Notes: generated by a model not told the origin, from the letters alone. DNA of 64,000 bases from an uncultured Candidatus Rokubacteria bacterium (GCA_963758635.1 CAVWWD010000003.1:736001-800000); one strand, 5' to 3'; shown: positions 33,983 through 45,295, counted from the first letter of the stretch. Program-made: numbers and translations.

Positions 33983-34033
33983 ACCCCCCAACGATCTCCC
34001 GCTGCGGGCGGGCCGGGGCTTCCGACAGGCCGG

Positions 34034-34549
34034 TCAGCGGCGCCGGCCGCCGTCAATCCGCGCCTGGATGTACGCCGCGAAGTATCCGCGATAGCGCGCC
34101 TGGAGCTCGGGGCGTCGCCAGTCGCGGCCGGTGAGGAGCCCGCGGCACCGGCGCGCGCCGCACGTGCACCGCGTGGACGGCCCGGCATCGGCCATCTCCT
34201 CCATGGCCCAGTCGTAGGTCAGCTCCTCGCCCGCTCGGATGGGCCGCATGGCCACGAAGACGATCTGCCCGCGGATGCCCACGTTCGGCTCGCAGGAGTG
34301 GTTGAGGAAGAGCTTGTTGCGCGCCACCTCCGCGCGCGTGCGGGCTCCGATGTAGAAGCCGCGGTCGATCTGGATGTACGAGACGGCGATGCGGTCGCGC
34401 ACGGCGGCGAGGCCGGCCTCGTCGAGGACGTGACCGCCCTTGATCGCCACGATCTCGCCCCGGGCCACGGCGCGGCGGGCGAAGAGGCCCCGCCCGTGGA
34501 TCGGGCTCTTCCGGATCGCGGTCTTCGGCGAGAGGTACGACGCGGGCAT
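34034..34549 (-). CDS. SET domain protein-lysine methyltransferase-like protein
   Basis: IHGRGLFA, FLNHSCEPN, GEELTYDW and post-SET CTCGARRCRG. Confidence 0.92.
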   Translation of the reverse strand: MPASYLSPKTAIRKSPIHGRGLFARRAVARGEIVAIKGGHVLDEAGLAAVRDRIAVSYIQIDRGFYIGARTRAEVARNKLFLNHSCEPNVGIRGQIVFVAMRPIRAGEELTYDWAMEEMADAGPSTRCTCGARRCRGLLTGRDWRRPELQARYRGYFAAYIQARIDGGRRR

Positions 34550-34556
34550 CGGCGGC

Positions 34557-35183
34557 TCAGCGGCGCCGCGCGCGCACCAGCCACTCGCGGCCGCGGCGCT
34601 CGGTCACGGACTCCCCGGGGGGCGCGGTGTCGAGGATCGTGAAGCCGGGCGTCAGCATCCGCTCGGCCTCGCCCGGCGCCACCGCGAAGGGCGGGCCCGA
34701 GGCCGGCGCGGGCTCCGATCCCGAGGAGAGCGGGAAGAAGCACCCGAGGAGCACACCGCCGGGACGGAGGATGGCGCGGACGACCTCCACGTACTCCGCG
34801 CGTCGCGCGGGGTCGATCGCGCAGAAGCACGTGTACTCCCAGACGGCGTCGAAGGCGCCCGCGTGTGCTGCGGCCAGGGTGAAGACGTCGCGCTCCTCGA
34901 AGACCACGTCGACGCCCTCCTCGCGAGCCAGGTCACGCGCGGCGGCGAGGGCGGGCGCGGCGAAGTCGAACGCCGCCACGCGGTACCCTTGACGGGCGAG
35001 CAGGCGGGCGTCGTGGCCCCGGCCGCAGCCCGGCACGGCCACGCGCGCGGCGCCGCCGCCGGCCGCCGCCTCGAAGCGGCCGCCGGCCGCGAGCCACGAG
35101 GCCAACGCCGGCGCGGGGCGGCCAAGCTCCCAGCCGTCCTCGCCGGCGGCGTAGCGGCTTTCCCAGAACGCCGGGCCGCTTAC
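34557..35183 (-). CDS. TPMT-like class I SAM methyltransferase; start codon unclear
   Basis: FWESRY...WELG.P, VAVPGCGRGHDA and WEYTCFCAIDP; the expected start reads GTA. Confidence 0.88.
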   Translation of the reverse strand, partial: VSGPAFWESRYAAGEDGWELGRPAPALASWLAAGGRFEAAAGGGAARVAVPGCGRGHDARLLARQGYRVAAFDFAAPALAAARDLAREEGVDVVFEERDVFTLAAAHAGAFDAVWEYTCFCAIDPARRAEYVEVVRAILRPGGVLLGCFFPLSSGSEPAPASGPPFAVAPGEAERMLTPGFTILDTAPPGESVTERRGREWLVRARRR

Positions 35184-35834
35184 CTCGTGGCGAGGTCCGG
35201 CCACTCGAGCCCCTCGAAGTCCGGGATGACCCGCTCGGCGCCGGCGGCGAGCAGCTCGTCGCCCTCGTAGCCGGTCGTCACTCCCACCGCGCGCATGCCC
35301 GCGCGGCGAGCCGCCTGGATGCCCACCACCGAGTCCTCGAACACGACGCATCCCGCCGCCGGCACGCCGAGCCGCGCGGCGGCGAGGCGGTAGACCTCGG
35401 GATCGGGCTTGCCGAGGGTCACGTCGTCGGCGGTCACGACCACGCGGAACCGGCGGCGGAGGCCGATCTCCGCCAGGAGCCGGGCCACGTCCTGGCTGGA
35501 CGCGGAGGTGCCCACCGCCCGCGGCACATCGAGCGCGGCCAGGTGCTCCACGAACGCCGTGACCCCGCGCACGGGGCGCGCGCCTCGCCGGGCGATCTGC
35601 ACGTACAACTCGCGCTTCCGGCTCGCGAGGCGCCACGCCTCGTGGCGGGAGACGCGCCGCCCGAGGAGCAGCGGCACCGCCTCCTCGGCGGGCCGGCCGA
35701 TGGTGAGCCGCCACGCCTCGGGCGGCTCCGGGACCTCCTCCTCGCGGAGCAGCGAGGTCCACGCCTCCCGGTGCCACGCCCCGTTGTCGACCAGGACGCC
35801 ATCCAGGTCGAAGATGCACGGCGGCAGCGATCAC
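35180..35834 (-). CDS. HAD family phosphatase (beta-phosphoglucomutase-like); frameshift ~35818
   Basis: IFDLDGVLVD, GKPDPEVY and VFEDS..GI.AARRAGM. Confidence 0.88.
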
Positions 35835-35895
35835 GTCGCGATGGACCCGGCCGCCGGATCCATGCCCGTCGCGGGCCGAGGAGCCGACATTCGCG

Positions 35896-35938
35896 CCCCC
35901 CTCTCCCGCCGGGGGAGAGGGGGCAGGGGGTGAGGGGG
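35896..35938 (+). repeat. REP-like palindromic element
   Basis: ccctctccc-N-gggagaggg..ggggtgaggg; related copies at 45296, 48311 and 48391. Confidence 0.75.
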
Positions 35939-35998
35939 ATACGATCAATCGCCGAGTCGCCAACGACGTGGCTGGAGCCCGGCCACGGAGACGCGCCG

Positions 35999-36628
35999 TC
36001 ATCGCAGCCGGTACAGCGGCGCGAGCAGGCTAAACGTCTCGCGCGCGGCGCGCGCGTAGTCGGCGGCCTTCCAGCGCGCCGCCTCGGTGGGCGACACCGC
36101 GCGGCCCAGGACGACCTGGCCGTCGCGCGTGCGCAGCAGCTCGTCGCCGAGCCTGGCCACCGCGTCCGGCGCCAGGTCCGACAGCACGGCGGTCGGCGTC
36201 TCGTCGTGCTCGTTCTTGAACCACGCCAGCCCCTTCGCGCGGCGCAGGACCGGGACCAGCTTCGGCGCGTCGCGCTTCCACGCTGCGATCCATCGCTTCT
36301 TGTCCGCGAGCTCGGGCCCCGCCTCGAAGAGGAAACGCACCGCGCCGCGCGACACCGCGACCTTGAAGTGGCAGTGCTTCTTGTAGCCGCGCTTGTCGCC
36401 GGCGAAGGCGACCCACGTGTCGCTGGGCGGGTTCACGGTGCGGCGCGCGTGCCTGGCGACGTGGGCGAACGCGTCGCCGCCGCCGATCCGGCCCACGTCG
36501 GGCAGGAGCTCCTTGCCCACCGCCTCGAGCTTGGGACGGATGCGGCTCCGGATGGCCTCCATGCGGGGGGCGAAGCCCTCGATCTCGAACACCTTGAAGT
36601 CACTGGCGGTGAAGCCGGGGAACGGCAT
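35999..36628 (-). CDS. DUF1054 (YktB-like) family protein
   Basis: F.IEG...RM.AIR..IRPKL, HVARHARRTVNPPSDTWVAF and RGYKK. Confidence 0.85.
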   Translation of the reverse strand: MPFPGFTASDFKVFEIEGFAPRMEAIRSRIRPKLEAVGKELLPDVGRIGGGDAFAHVARHARRTVNPPSDTWVAFAGDKRGYKKHCHFKVAVSRGAVRFLFEAGPELADKKRWIAAWKRDAPKLVPVLRRAKGLAWFKNEHDETPTAVLSDLAPDAVARLGDELLRTRDGQVVLGRAVSPTEAARWKAADYARAARETFSLLAPLYRLR

Positions 36629-36683
36629 GCTCGGCCCTCCTTACGCCGTCCGGCCGCTGATCGACGGCCGGGCGGCCGCCGGG

Positions 36684-38163
36684 TCACGGGTACGTGGTCT
36701 CCGGATCGAGAGGGAAGATCGGCCGGCGGACGCGCTCGAAGCGGAAGCGGTCGAGGTTCGACGAGGACAGCCCGGGCGCGTCCACCTCGACGATCTCGGC
36801 GGCGAGGGGCTCGAACGCGGCGCGGTAGTGGATCGTGGACTTCACCACCACGATCTTGTGATCGAGCGGCTCGAGGCCCACGAAGCGCAGCATCTCCGGA
36901 TCGAGGGTCTGCCAGCGGTAGGAGATGAGGATCACCTTGATGTCGTCCACGTCGAGCACCGCGGTGACGCCGAGGCGGCCGGGCAGGCCCCGGCCCATCG
37001 GGCCCTTGTGGACGAACCGGCCGTCCGACAGCGTGCGGACGACGCCGGTCACGGTGAGCGGCGCGCCGTGGCGGTCGTCGACCTTGCCGCCCACCGGGAG
37101 GGTGATGCGCTGGCCGACGCCGGCGCGCACGCAGGCCTCGACGGCGGCGGGATCCCAGAGGCAGGCCACCACCGCGGAGCGCGCGCCCACCCGGACGAGC
37201 TCGCGCAGGATCTCGGTGCCGTCGCCCGCGGCGCCGCCGCCCGTGTTGTCGGCCATGTCGGCGAGCACGACGGGACGGCCGGCGAGCGGCGAGCGCGCGG
37301 CGCACCGCCTCGGGCACGGGCAGCCCGGCGTGGACGAACTCGTGACGGCGCTCCCACGCCGCGCGCGCGAGCCGCTCGGCCAGGGCCTCGGCGAGGGCGG
37401 GATCGTCGTCGGTCACGACGTAGACGCCGAGCCCCGCCTCCGGGATGTCGGCGTAGGGGAACCCGGCGAGGATCGAGATCGACACGACCTTCGGGTCCCG
37501 CTCCATCTCGTCGGCCATGTCGTAGAGGTGGCGCATCGGGCCCACCGCCGTGCGCTGGCTGCCGATGGGCGGCAAGAGCGGCGGCCGCCGGAACGCCGCC
37601 GTCGGCCGGATGCGGCGGGCGATGGTGTCGGCGAGCCGCTCCGCCGCTTCCACGCCGCGCTCGGCCATGTCGACGTGCGGGTAGGTCTTGTAGCCGTGCA
37701 GGAGGTCGGCGCCCCGCACCATCGCCTCGCTCAGGTTGCCGTGCAGGTCGAGCGTGACCGCGATGGGGACGCTCGCGCCGACCATCGCGCGGACCGCGGC
37801 GATGATGTCGCCTTCTCCGTCGTCCATGCCCTCGGGGACCATGGCGCCGTGCAGGTCGAGGAGGACACCGTCCACCCGGCCCGCCGCGCGCAGGTCGGCG
37901 AGCAGGCGCTCCTTGACGTGCTCGTAGATGTCCTTGGTCACGCGGCCCGCCGGCGAGGCCGCCGCCGCCACCGAGGGGACCAGGGTCGCCCCGAGGCGTT
38001 CCGCGGCCGCGATCATCCCGCCCAGGCAGGTGCCGGTGCCGCGGAACGTCTCCACGATCTCGCCGCCGTAGTGCAGGTTGCGCTTCTCGAACTGCCCGCG
38101 GTCGGTGGGGATGTTGCTGAACGTGTTGGTCTCGTGGGACATCATCGCGAGGAACAGTCTCAC
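36684..38163 (-). CDS. M81 family metallopeptidase (MlrC-like); frameshift ~37290
   Basis: HETNTFS, LDLHGAM, DGEGD, LDLHGN, YPHVD, DNTGGG..GD and VVKS..H.RA. Confidence 0.9.
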
Positions 38164-38185
38164 CGCGCGCTCCCGTCCGCTGCGA

Positions 38186-39118
38186 TCACAGCTTCATGTG
38201 GGGATCGAGCCAGTCCCGCAGCGCGTTGCCCATCAGGTTGATCACGAGCGTGGTGACGAAGATGGCGAGCCCCGGGAAGGTGGCGATCCACCACGAGTTC
38301 AGCATGTAGACGCGGCCCTCGCCGAGCATGTTCCCCCACGCCGGCGTCGGCGGCTGGATCCCGAGGCCGAGGAAGGACAGGAACGACTCGAGGATGATGA
38401 CCTGGGCGACCTGCAGGGTGGCGATCACCACGATGGCCGAGACCAGGTTGGGCAGGATCTGGCGGAAGACGATGCGGAGGTGGCTCATCCCCAGGGCGCG
38501 CCCGGCCACCACGAACTCGCGCTCGCGGATGGCGAGGGTCTCGGCCCGGATGACCCGCGCGTAGATCGGCCATCCCGCCACGCCGAGCACGAGCGATCAT
38601 GTTGCGCAGGCTCGGCCCGAGCACGGCGATGACGGCGAGGGCGAGGAGCACGAACGGGAACGTGAGCATCACGTTCACCGCGGTCATGATCGCCCAGTCG
38701 ATGCGGCCGCCGAAGTAGCCCGCGCGCCAGCCCGAGCAGCACCCCGATGGTGGCGGACGAGCGAGGACGGCGCAGACCGCCACCACGAGCGAGACGCGCC
38801 CCCCGTAGATCATCCGCGACAGCAGGTCGCGCCCGACCTGGTCCGTGCCGAGCAGGTGCTCGACCGCGCCGCCGCTCCATCCACGCGGGCGGGGCGAGGC
38901 GGTGGCGGATGTTCACGCGCGAGGGGATCGTGCGGCGCGATCCACGGCGCGCAGACCGTGACGCCGACGATGAGCGCAGGAGCGCCGCGCGGCGGCCAGG
39001 CCCCACCGCAGCCGGAGCAGCCGGCGGAGCGCGGCGCGGCGCCGGCCGTGGGCGACCGCCCGTCCGGCCGCGGAGGGCGCCGAGCTCGACCTCGGGCCGG
39101 CGCGCTGACCGCCTTCAT
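38186..39118 (-). CDS. Peptide ABC permease (DppC-like); several frameshifts
   Basis: LGTDQVGRDLLSR and ESFLSFLGLG..PP.P.WG; fragments lie in several frames. Confidence 0.8.
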
Positions 39119-40038
39119 GCGCCGGTGCGGATGCGCGGATCGACGAAGCCGACGACGACGTCCACGATGAGGTTCACGGTGACGATGACGAGGGCGAGCA
39201 TGATCACCGCGCACTGCACCACCGGGAAGTCCTGGTTGCGGATCGACTCCACGGTGAGGGTGGCCACGCCGGGCCACGCGAAGACCGTCTCGGTGATGAC
39301 GGCGCCGCCCAGGAGCTGCCCGAACTGCAGCCCGAGCACGGTGATGACGGGGATGCACGCGTTGCGGAACGCGTGCTTGACCACGACCATCGGCTCGGCC
39401 ACGCCCTTGGCGCGCGCCGTCTTGATGAACTCCATGTTCATGACCTCGATCACGCCGGAGCGCACCAGCCGCATGGTGATGGGGGCCAGCGCGGTGCCCA
39501 GGCAGAACGAGGGCAGGAGGAAGTGCTGCCAGGTGCCGTAGCCGGAGGCGGGCAGCACCTTGAGGCGCACCGCGAAGATGATGATGAGCATGATGCCGAG
39601 CCAGAACAGCGGCGCGGCCTGGCCGGCCACGGCGAGGCCGGTGCACAGGGTGTCCACCCACGAGTGGCGCCTGAGGGCGGCGAGGATGCCCGAGCGGCAG
39701 CGAGATGAGGAGCGCGACGAGGAGGCCGCGAGAGCGTCAGGTAGATCGTGGGCGGCATCCGCTCGAGCGACGAGCTTGAAGGCCGGGGTGTCCGCGTACC
39801 AGGACTTGCCGAAGTCCCCGGTCACCGCGCGCGAGGCGAACTTCCAGTACTGCACGTAGAGGGGCTTGTCGAGCCCGAGGAGGTGGCGGTAGCGCTCGAA
39901 CTCCTCCTTGCCCGCGTTCTGGGGGAGGAGGAGGAGCACGGGGTCGCCGAGCACGTGCAGGATGCAGAAGGCGAGGATGGAGATGCCGATGATGACGACG
40001 ACGAGCTGGACGAGCTGGCGGGCGATGTAGCCTCGCAT
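39115..40038 (-). CDS. Peptide ABC permease (DppB-like); local compensating frameshifts
   Basis: MRGYIARQ, GLDKPLYVQY, TARAKG, HAFRNA and ETVFAWPG. Confidence 0.88.
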   Translation of the reverse strand: MRGYIARQLVQLVVVIIGISILAFCILHVLGDPVLLLLPQNAGKEEFERYRHLLGLDKPLYVQYWKFASRAVTGDFGKSWYADTPAFKLVARADAAHDLPDALAASSSRSSSRCRSGILAALRRHSWVDTLCTGLAVAGQAAPLFWLGIMLIIIFAVRLKVLPASGYGTWQHFLLPSFCLGTALAPITMRLVRSGVIEVMNMEFIKTARAKGVAEPMVVVKHAFRNACIPVITVLGLQFGQLLGGAVITETVFAWPGVATLTVESIRNQDFPVVQCAVIMLALVIVTVNLIVDVVVGFVDPRIRTGA

Positions 40039-40120
40039 CGGCGGACGGGCGCCCGGGCTCGCCGCCGCCGCGCTCCCGCGGGAGGGGCGCGGCGCGGCGC
40101 GAGCCCGGGCCGGGAGGAGC

Positions 40121-41672
40121 CTACTTCTTCCGCGGGCGTGGCGACGAACATGCGGTCGATCTCGTCCCGCGGCGCCTCGTACTCGATCCGGTTGGAGATG
40201 CCCCACACGCCGCGGAGCCCCCACTTGTAGAGGTAGGCGGCGTCGTCGTGGATGCATCTTCTGGGTCTTGCGTGTAGATCTCGGCGCGCTTCTTCGGCGT
40301 CGAGCGTGGAGCGGCCCTGGATGACGAGGTCGTCCACCTCCTTGTTGCAGTAGTAGCTGTACGGCTGGTTGCAGGTCATCACGTCGAAGAGGATGGCGTC
40401 GGCGTCGAAGACCGAGTAGTAGCCCCACGACCACTCGAACATCGGGTCGGCCTTGCTGTCCCGGACCAGGTTCGTGAACGGACCGACCTCGCCGATCGAA
40501 CCGCTGCTTGGTCCGGATGCCCGCCTTGGCGAGGTCGGCGACGATCGCCTCGGTGGTCTGGATGAGCCCGGGCTCGACGGTCGGGCCCGTGGTCAGCATG
40601 AACCCGACGTCGAGCCCGTTCGGGAAGCCGGCCTCGGCCAGGAGCTTCTTGGCCTGCGGCGAGGTCCTGCTTGTAGGGCTTGACGCTCGCGTCGAAGCCG
40701 AAGGCCATCGGGTTGACCGTGGTCGCGGTGCGGTCGCCGAGGCCGTTGATCACGTGCTTGATGATCGTGTCCATGTCGACGGCGAGGTTGGCGGCTGAGC
40801 CGCACCTTGCTGGTCCTGGAACGGGTTCTTGCCCGCGCGGCCCGCCTGGTCGAGCTGGATGAACGCGGTGCGGAGGATCGGCGAGGTCGAGGTGCGGGCC
40901 TGGCCGGACTTGTTGATGACGTCCATCTGGTCGGGCGGCACCGCCTTGATGACGTCGACGCCGCCGGAGATCAGCTCGGCGATCTGGGTGGCCTGCTCGG
41001 GGATGATCCGGATGCGGACGTGCTTGAAGGCGGGCTTCGGTCCCCCAGTAGTCGTCGTTGCGGACGAGGAGGTGCTCCTGCTTCTTGCTCCACTTCAGGA
41101 GCTTGTACGGACCGGTGCCGACGGGGTTCTCCTGCATCCACTCGTGGCCCTTCTCCTTGATCGCCTTCTCGGACTGCATGACCTGGGCGGTCATCCGCTC
41201 GACGAAGAGCGGGTAGGGGCCGTCGGTCTTGAAGCGCACGGTGGCGTCGTCCACCACCTCGACGCTCTTGATCTTGAGAGTGGTTGCCGCGGGCGGTGAG
41301 CTTGAGCTCGGGGTTGAGCACGCGGTCGAACGTGGCCTTGACGTCCTTGGCCCCGAACGGCGTGCCGTCGTGGAACTTCACGCCGCGGCGGAGCTTGACC
41401 TCCCACGTGGTGTCGTCGAGGTTCTTCCACGACACCGCGAGGCTCGGGCCCACCTTGCCCGTCTTGAGGTCGCGCGCGGCGAGGTGGTCGAAGACGTGGT
41501 AGCCGAGGATGATGCTCTCGCGCAGCACCGAGTTCGGCGGATCCCAGTTCTGCACGTCGCTCTGGATCGCGTAGACGAGGGTGTCGTCCTTGGTCTGGGC
41601 CAGGACGTCGCCCGCCAGGCCGAGGCCGAGCGTCAGGGCGAGAGCGAGGACAGCGGTGAGGGCACGACCCAT
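40121..41672 (-). CDS. Peptide ABC substrate-binding protein (family 5); many frameshifts
   Basis: Signal peptide; LRRGVKFHDG, PVGTGPYK and WGYYSVFDAD spread over several frames. Confidence 0.8.
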
Positions 41673-41727
41673 GGGCGACCTCCTTCAGTCGATCGAAAAC
41701 GGAGGGATGACTGCCAACGAGGGCCAC

Positions 41728-41757
41728 ATACTAGCGACGCGCGGGCGCGCTTGTCAA
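41728..41757 (-). promoter_or_regulatory. Sigma70-type promoter TTGACA-N18-TAGTAT
   Basis: Minus strand reads ttgaca agcgcgcccgcgcgtcgc tagtat upstream of the SBP gene. Confidence 0.65.
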
Positions 41758-41795
41758 CGCGCGTTCCGCTCGCCGCCGTGCCGCCCCGCGGAAAT

Positions 41796-41824
41796 TTGAC
41801 ACCCCGCGCGGCGGCCCCGATAAT
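41796..41824 (+). promoter_or_regulatory. Sigma70-type promoter TTGACA-N17-GATAAT
   Basis: ttgaca ccccgcgcggcggcccc gataat upstream of the epimerase ATG at 41853. Confidence 0.7.
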
Positions 41825-41852
41825 TGGCCGGCGTCGCGCGCGGCGCTCACCC

Positions 41853-42807
41853 ATGCCCACACCCCTCGTGCTCGTCACCGGCGGCGCCGGCTTCATCGGC
41901 TCCCACCTCGTGGAGCGGCTGCTCGCCGACGGCTGCCGCGTGCGGGTGTTCGACAACTTCTCCACCGGGCGCCGCGCCAACCTCGGCTTCGCCCGCGGCC
42001 ACCGCCGCCTCGAGATCGTGCGCGGCGACCTGCGCAACCCCGGCGCGGTGGAGCGCGCGGTGCGGGGGACCAGCACCGTCTTCCACCAGGCGGCCATGCG
42101 CTCGGTGCCGCGATCGGTGGCCGATCCCCTCGGGGCCCACGCCGCCAACGCGACGGGGACGCTCCACGTGCTCCACGCCGCCGCCGCCCAGAAGAAGAAG
42201 CCCCGCGTGGTCTACGCGTCGTCGTCGTCCGTGTACGGCGACAACCCCGCGCTCCCGAAGCGGGAGGAGCAGCCGACCGCCCCGATCTCGCCCTACGCGG
42301 CGAGCAAGGTGGCGGGGGAGATCTACGCCTCGGTGTGGCACCGCCTCTTCGGGCTGGAGACGGTGGGGCTCCGCTACTTCAACGTGTTCGGCCCCCGGCA
42401 GGACCCGAAGAGCGAGTACGCGGCGGTGATCCCGCGCTTCATCCTGTGGGGCATGCGCGGCGAGCCCCTCCAGGTCCACGGCGACGGCACGCAGTCGCGG
42501 GACTTCACCTACATCGACAACGTCGTGTCGGCCAACCTGCTCGCCGCCGCCGCCCCCGCCGCCGCCGTCTCGGGCAAGAGCTACAACGTGGGCTGCGGGA
42601 GCCGGACGACCCTGCTCGCGATCATCGACATGATCGAGCGGCGCGTTGGCCGCCCCGTGCGCCGCCGCCATTCCCCGGGCCGCGCCGGCGACGTGCCGCA
42701 CACGCTCGCCGACATCGCCGCGGCCAGGCGCGACTTCGGCTACCAGCCCCTCGTGGACTTCGACGAGGGGCTCCGGCGCACGGTCGACTTCTTCATGGGG
42801 GTTGTGA
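41853..42807 (+). CDS. NAD-dependent sugar epimerase/dehydratase (UDP-hexose 4-epimerase-like); runs in frame into the next gene as assembled
   Basis: VTGGAGFIGSH, YASSSSVYG, YAASK and RYFNVFGPRQDP; out-of-frame TGA at 42805 follows a G5 run. Confidence 0.88.
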
Positions 42808-42809
42808 AC

Positions 42810-44321
42810 ATGACCATCCGTCGGCTCTGGATCGCCGCGCTCGCGCTCCTGCTCGTGGGCGCGACCGGGCCCGCGCAGGGGGCGCCGCAGCAGGGGGGGA
42901 ACCTGGTGGTGCAGGTCGCCACCGAGCCGCCCGGCCTCGACCTCACGACCAACCCGTCATCGGCCATCGCCGGCGTCGTGTTCGACAACGTGCAGGAAGG
43001 GCTCGTCAAGATCGACAAGAACGGCAAGATGGTCCCCTGGCTGGCCGAGCGCTGGTACACGACGGACAGCAAGAACTACACGTTCTTCATCCGGAAGGGC
43101 GTCCGGTTCCACAACGGGCGGGAGCTGCGCGCCGCCGACGTGAAGTTCGCCATCGACCGCGCCGTCAACCCGGAGACGAAGCACCCCTACCGCACCCAGT
43201 ACGACGTGATCCAGGACGTCATCGTCAAGGACGAGTACACGGTGACGGTGGCCCTCAAGAAGGTGGACGCCACCTTCCTCTACACGATGGCCCGGCAGGG
43301 CTCGGTGATCTACCCGCGCGAGGCGGTGGACGCGCTCAAGTCGCAGCCCCTCGGCACGGGGCCGTTCACGGTGGCGGAGTGGGTGCGCGGCGACCGCATC
43401 GTGCTCACGAGGAACAAGGACTACTGGGTGAAGGGCCTGCCGTACCTCGACAAGGTGACGTACCGGTTCATCCCCGACCCGAACTCCGCCCTCGCCGCGC
43501 TGAAGGCCGGTGACGTGGACGCCTCCATGTTCGGGCTGGGCCCGGAGAGCGTGGACGACCTGAAGAAGGACGGCCGCTTCCAGGTCATCATCGGCGACAG
43601 CACCAACGACGTCACGCTGTCGATGAACAACAGCAAGAAGCCGTACTCGGACAAGCGCGTCCGCCTCGCCATCACCCACGCCATCAACAAGGACGAGGTG
43701 CTCAAGGGCGCGATGTTCGGCCACGGCAAGATCCTCGGCTCGAACGTCGATCCCACCAACCCGTTCTTCGTGGACCTGTCCAAGCGCGTGCCCTACGACC
43801 CCGAGAAGGCGAAGAAGCTCCTCGCCGAGGCGGGCTACGCGAACGGCTTCGAGGCCACGTTCAAGGTGGCGCCGCAGTACTACTACACGGTGCGGAGCGC
43901 CGAGGTCATCGTCAACCAGCTCGCCAAGGTGGGCATCAAGGCGAAGATCCAGCAGGTGGAGTGGGGGCAGTGGCTGTCCCAGGTGTTCTGCCTCGCCCCG
44001 TGCCAGAACCCCGACTACGACATGTCGATCATCGGCCACGCCGAGGCGTGGGACATCGGCAACTTCGCCAACCCGAAGTACTACTTCCGCTGGGACAGCC
44101 CGGAGTTCCAGAAGGTCTTCACGGAATCGCAGGTGACGGTGGACGACAAGAAGCGCCGCGAGCTCTACGTGAAGATGCAGCAGATGCTCGCCGACGAGGC
44201 CCCCGCGGTGTGGCTCTACATGCACCCGCGCCTCGTCGCCGCCAAGAAGGGCCTCACCGGCATCTGGAAGGACCTGCCGCTCCCCGTGTTCGATCTCTCC
44301 GAGGTCGCCTGGCAGAAGTAG
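42810..44321 (+). CDS. Peptide ABC substrate-binding protein (family 5)
   Basis: Signal peptide MTIRRLWIAALALLL; RKGVRFHNG, GTGPF and AKKLLAEAGY. Confidence 0.9.
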   Translation: MTIRRLWIAALALLLVGATGPAQGAPQQGGNLVVQVATEPPGLDLTTNPSSAIAGVVFDNVQEGLVKIDKNGKMVPWLAERWYTTDSKNYTFFIRKGVRFHNGRELRAADVKFAIDRAVNPETKHPYRTQYDVIQDVIVKDEYTVTVALKKVDATFLYTMARQGSVIYPREAVDALKSQPLGTGPFTVAEWVRGDRIVLTRNKDYWVKGLPYLDKVTYRFIPDPNSALAALKAGDVDASMFGLGPESVDDLKKDGRFQVIIGDSTNDVTLSMNNSKKPYSDKRVRLAITHAINKDEVLKGAMFGHGKILGSNVDPTNPFFVDLSKRVPYDPEKAKKLLAEAGYANGFEATFKVAPQYYYTVRSAEVIVNQLAKVGIKAKIQQVEWGQWLSQVFCLAPCQNPDYDMSIIGHAEAWDIGNFANPKYYFRWDSPEFQKVFTESQVTVDDKKRRELYVKMQQMLADEAPAVWLYMHPRLVAAKKGLTGIWKDLPLPVFDLSEVAWQK

Positions 44322-44339
44322 CGCCGGGCGAAGCCCGGA

Positions 44340-45284
44340 GTGCGGCGGTACGTCGCGAGGAGGGTGGCCGCGCTGGTGGCCACCCTCTTCTTCGTCTCGC
44401 TCCTCGTCTTCGTCGTCGTGCGCGTGCTCCCCGGCGACCCCGCCGTCATCATCATGGGCACCGAGGGCAGCGCCGAGGCCGCCGCCCGCATCCGCACCGC
44501 GCTGGGCCTGGACCGCCCGCTGCCCGTGCAGTACCTCGACTGGATCACCCGCGCGCTCTCCGGCGACCTCGGCCGCTCGATCCAGTACGACGTGCCCGTC
44601 GCGTCGCTCATCCTGTCCCGCCTCGCCGTCACCTTGCCGCTCACGCTCATGGCCGGCGTCTTCATGATGGCGGCGGCCATCCCGCTGGGCGTGCTCGCCG
44701 CCGTCCACCAGCGGCGCTGGGGCGACTACGTCACGATGACGCTCTCCCAGGTCGGGGTGGCGGTGCCCGGCTTCTGGGCCGGCCTGCTCCTCGTCCTTCT
44801 CTTCTCGGTCAAGCTGGGCTGGTTCAAGTCGGGCGGCTTCGACGGCTGGTCCCAGGGCGTCGGGCCGGCGCTCACCTCGCTGCTCCTCCCCGCGGTGGCC
44901 CTCGGCCTCTTCCAGTTCGCGGTGCTGGCGCGCACCACGCGCTCGGCCGTGCTCGAGGTGCTGCGCGAGGAGTACGTGAAGACGGCGCGGGCCAAGGGCG
45001 TGGCCGAGCGCGCCGTGCTCTTCCGTCACACACTGCGGAACGCGATGATCCCCATCCTCACCGTGGCGGGCATCCAGCTCGGCCAGCTCATGGCCGGCAG
45101 CATCATCCTGGAGTCGGTGTTCTACCTCCCCGGCCTCGGACGGCTCGCGCTGGGCGCGATCAACGCGCGCGACCTGCCCGTGGTCCAGGGCGTGGTGCTG
45201 TTCGTGGCCGCGGTGATCGTGACCATCAATGTGGCCGTCGACCTCCTGTATGGCCTCCTCGACCCGCGCATCCGCTACGAGTAG
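44340..45284 (+). CDS. Peptide ABC permease (DppB-like)
   Basis: LPGDPA, GLDRPLPVQY, TARAKG and DPRIRY. Confidence 0.93.
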   Translation: MRRYVARRVAALVATLFFVSLLVFVVVRVLPGDPAVIIMGTEGSAEAAARIRTALGLDRPLPVQYLDWITRALSGDLGRSIQYDVPVASLILSRLAVTLPLTLMAGVFMMAAAIPLGVLAAVHQRRWGDYVTMTLSQVGVAVPGFWAGLLLVLLFSVKLGWFKSGGFDGWSQGVGPALTSLLLPAVALGLFQFAVLARTTRSAVLEVLREEYVKTARAKGVAERAVLFRHTLRNAMIPILTVAGIQLGQLMAGSIILESVFYLPGLGRLALGAINARDLPVVQGVVLFVAAVIVTINVAVDLLYGLLDPRIRYE

Positions 45285-45295
45285 CGCCGCCCGAT

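Noticed and set aside
36684..41672. Pseudogenised peptide transporter and mlrC operon, or programmed frameshifting
   Set aside because: Only scattered small indels, with no premature stops or slippery-site/stimulator pattern; assembly error is more parsimonious
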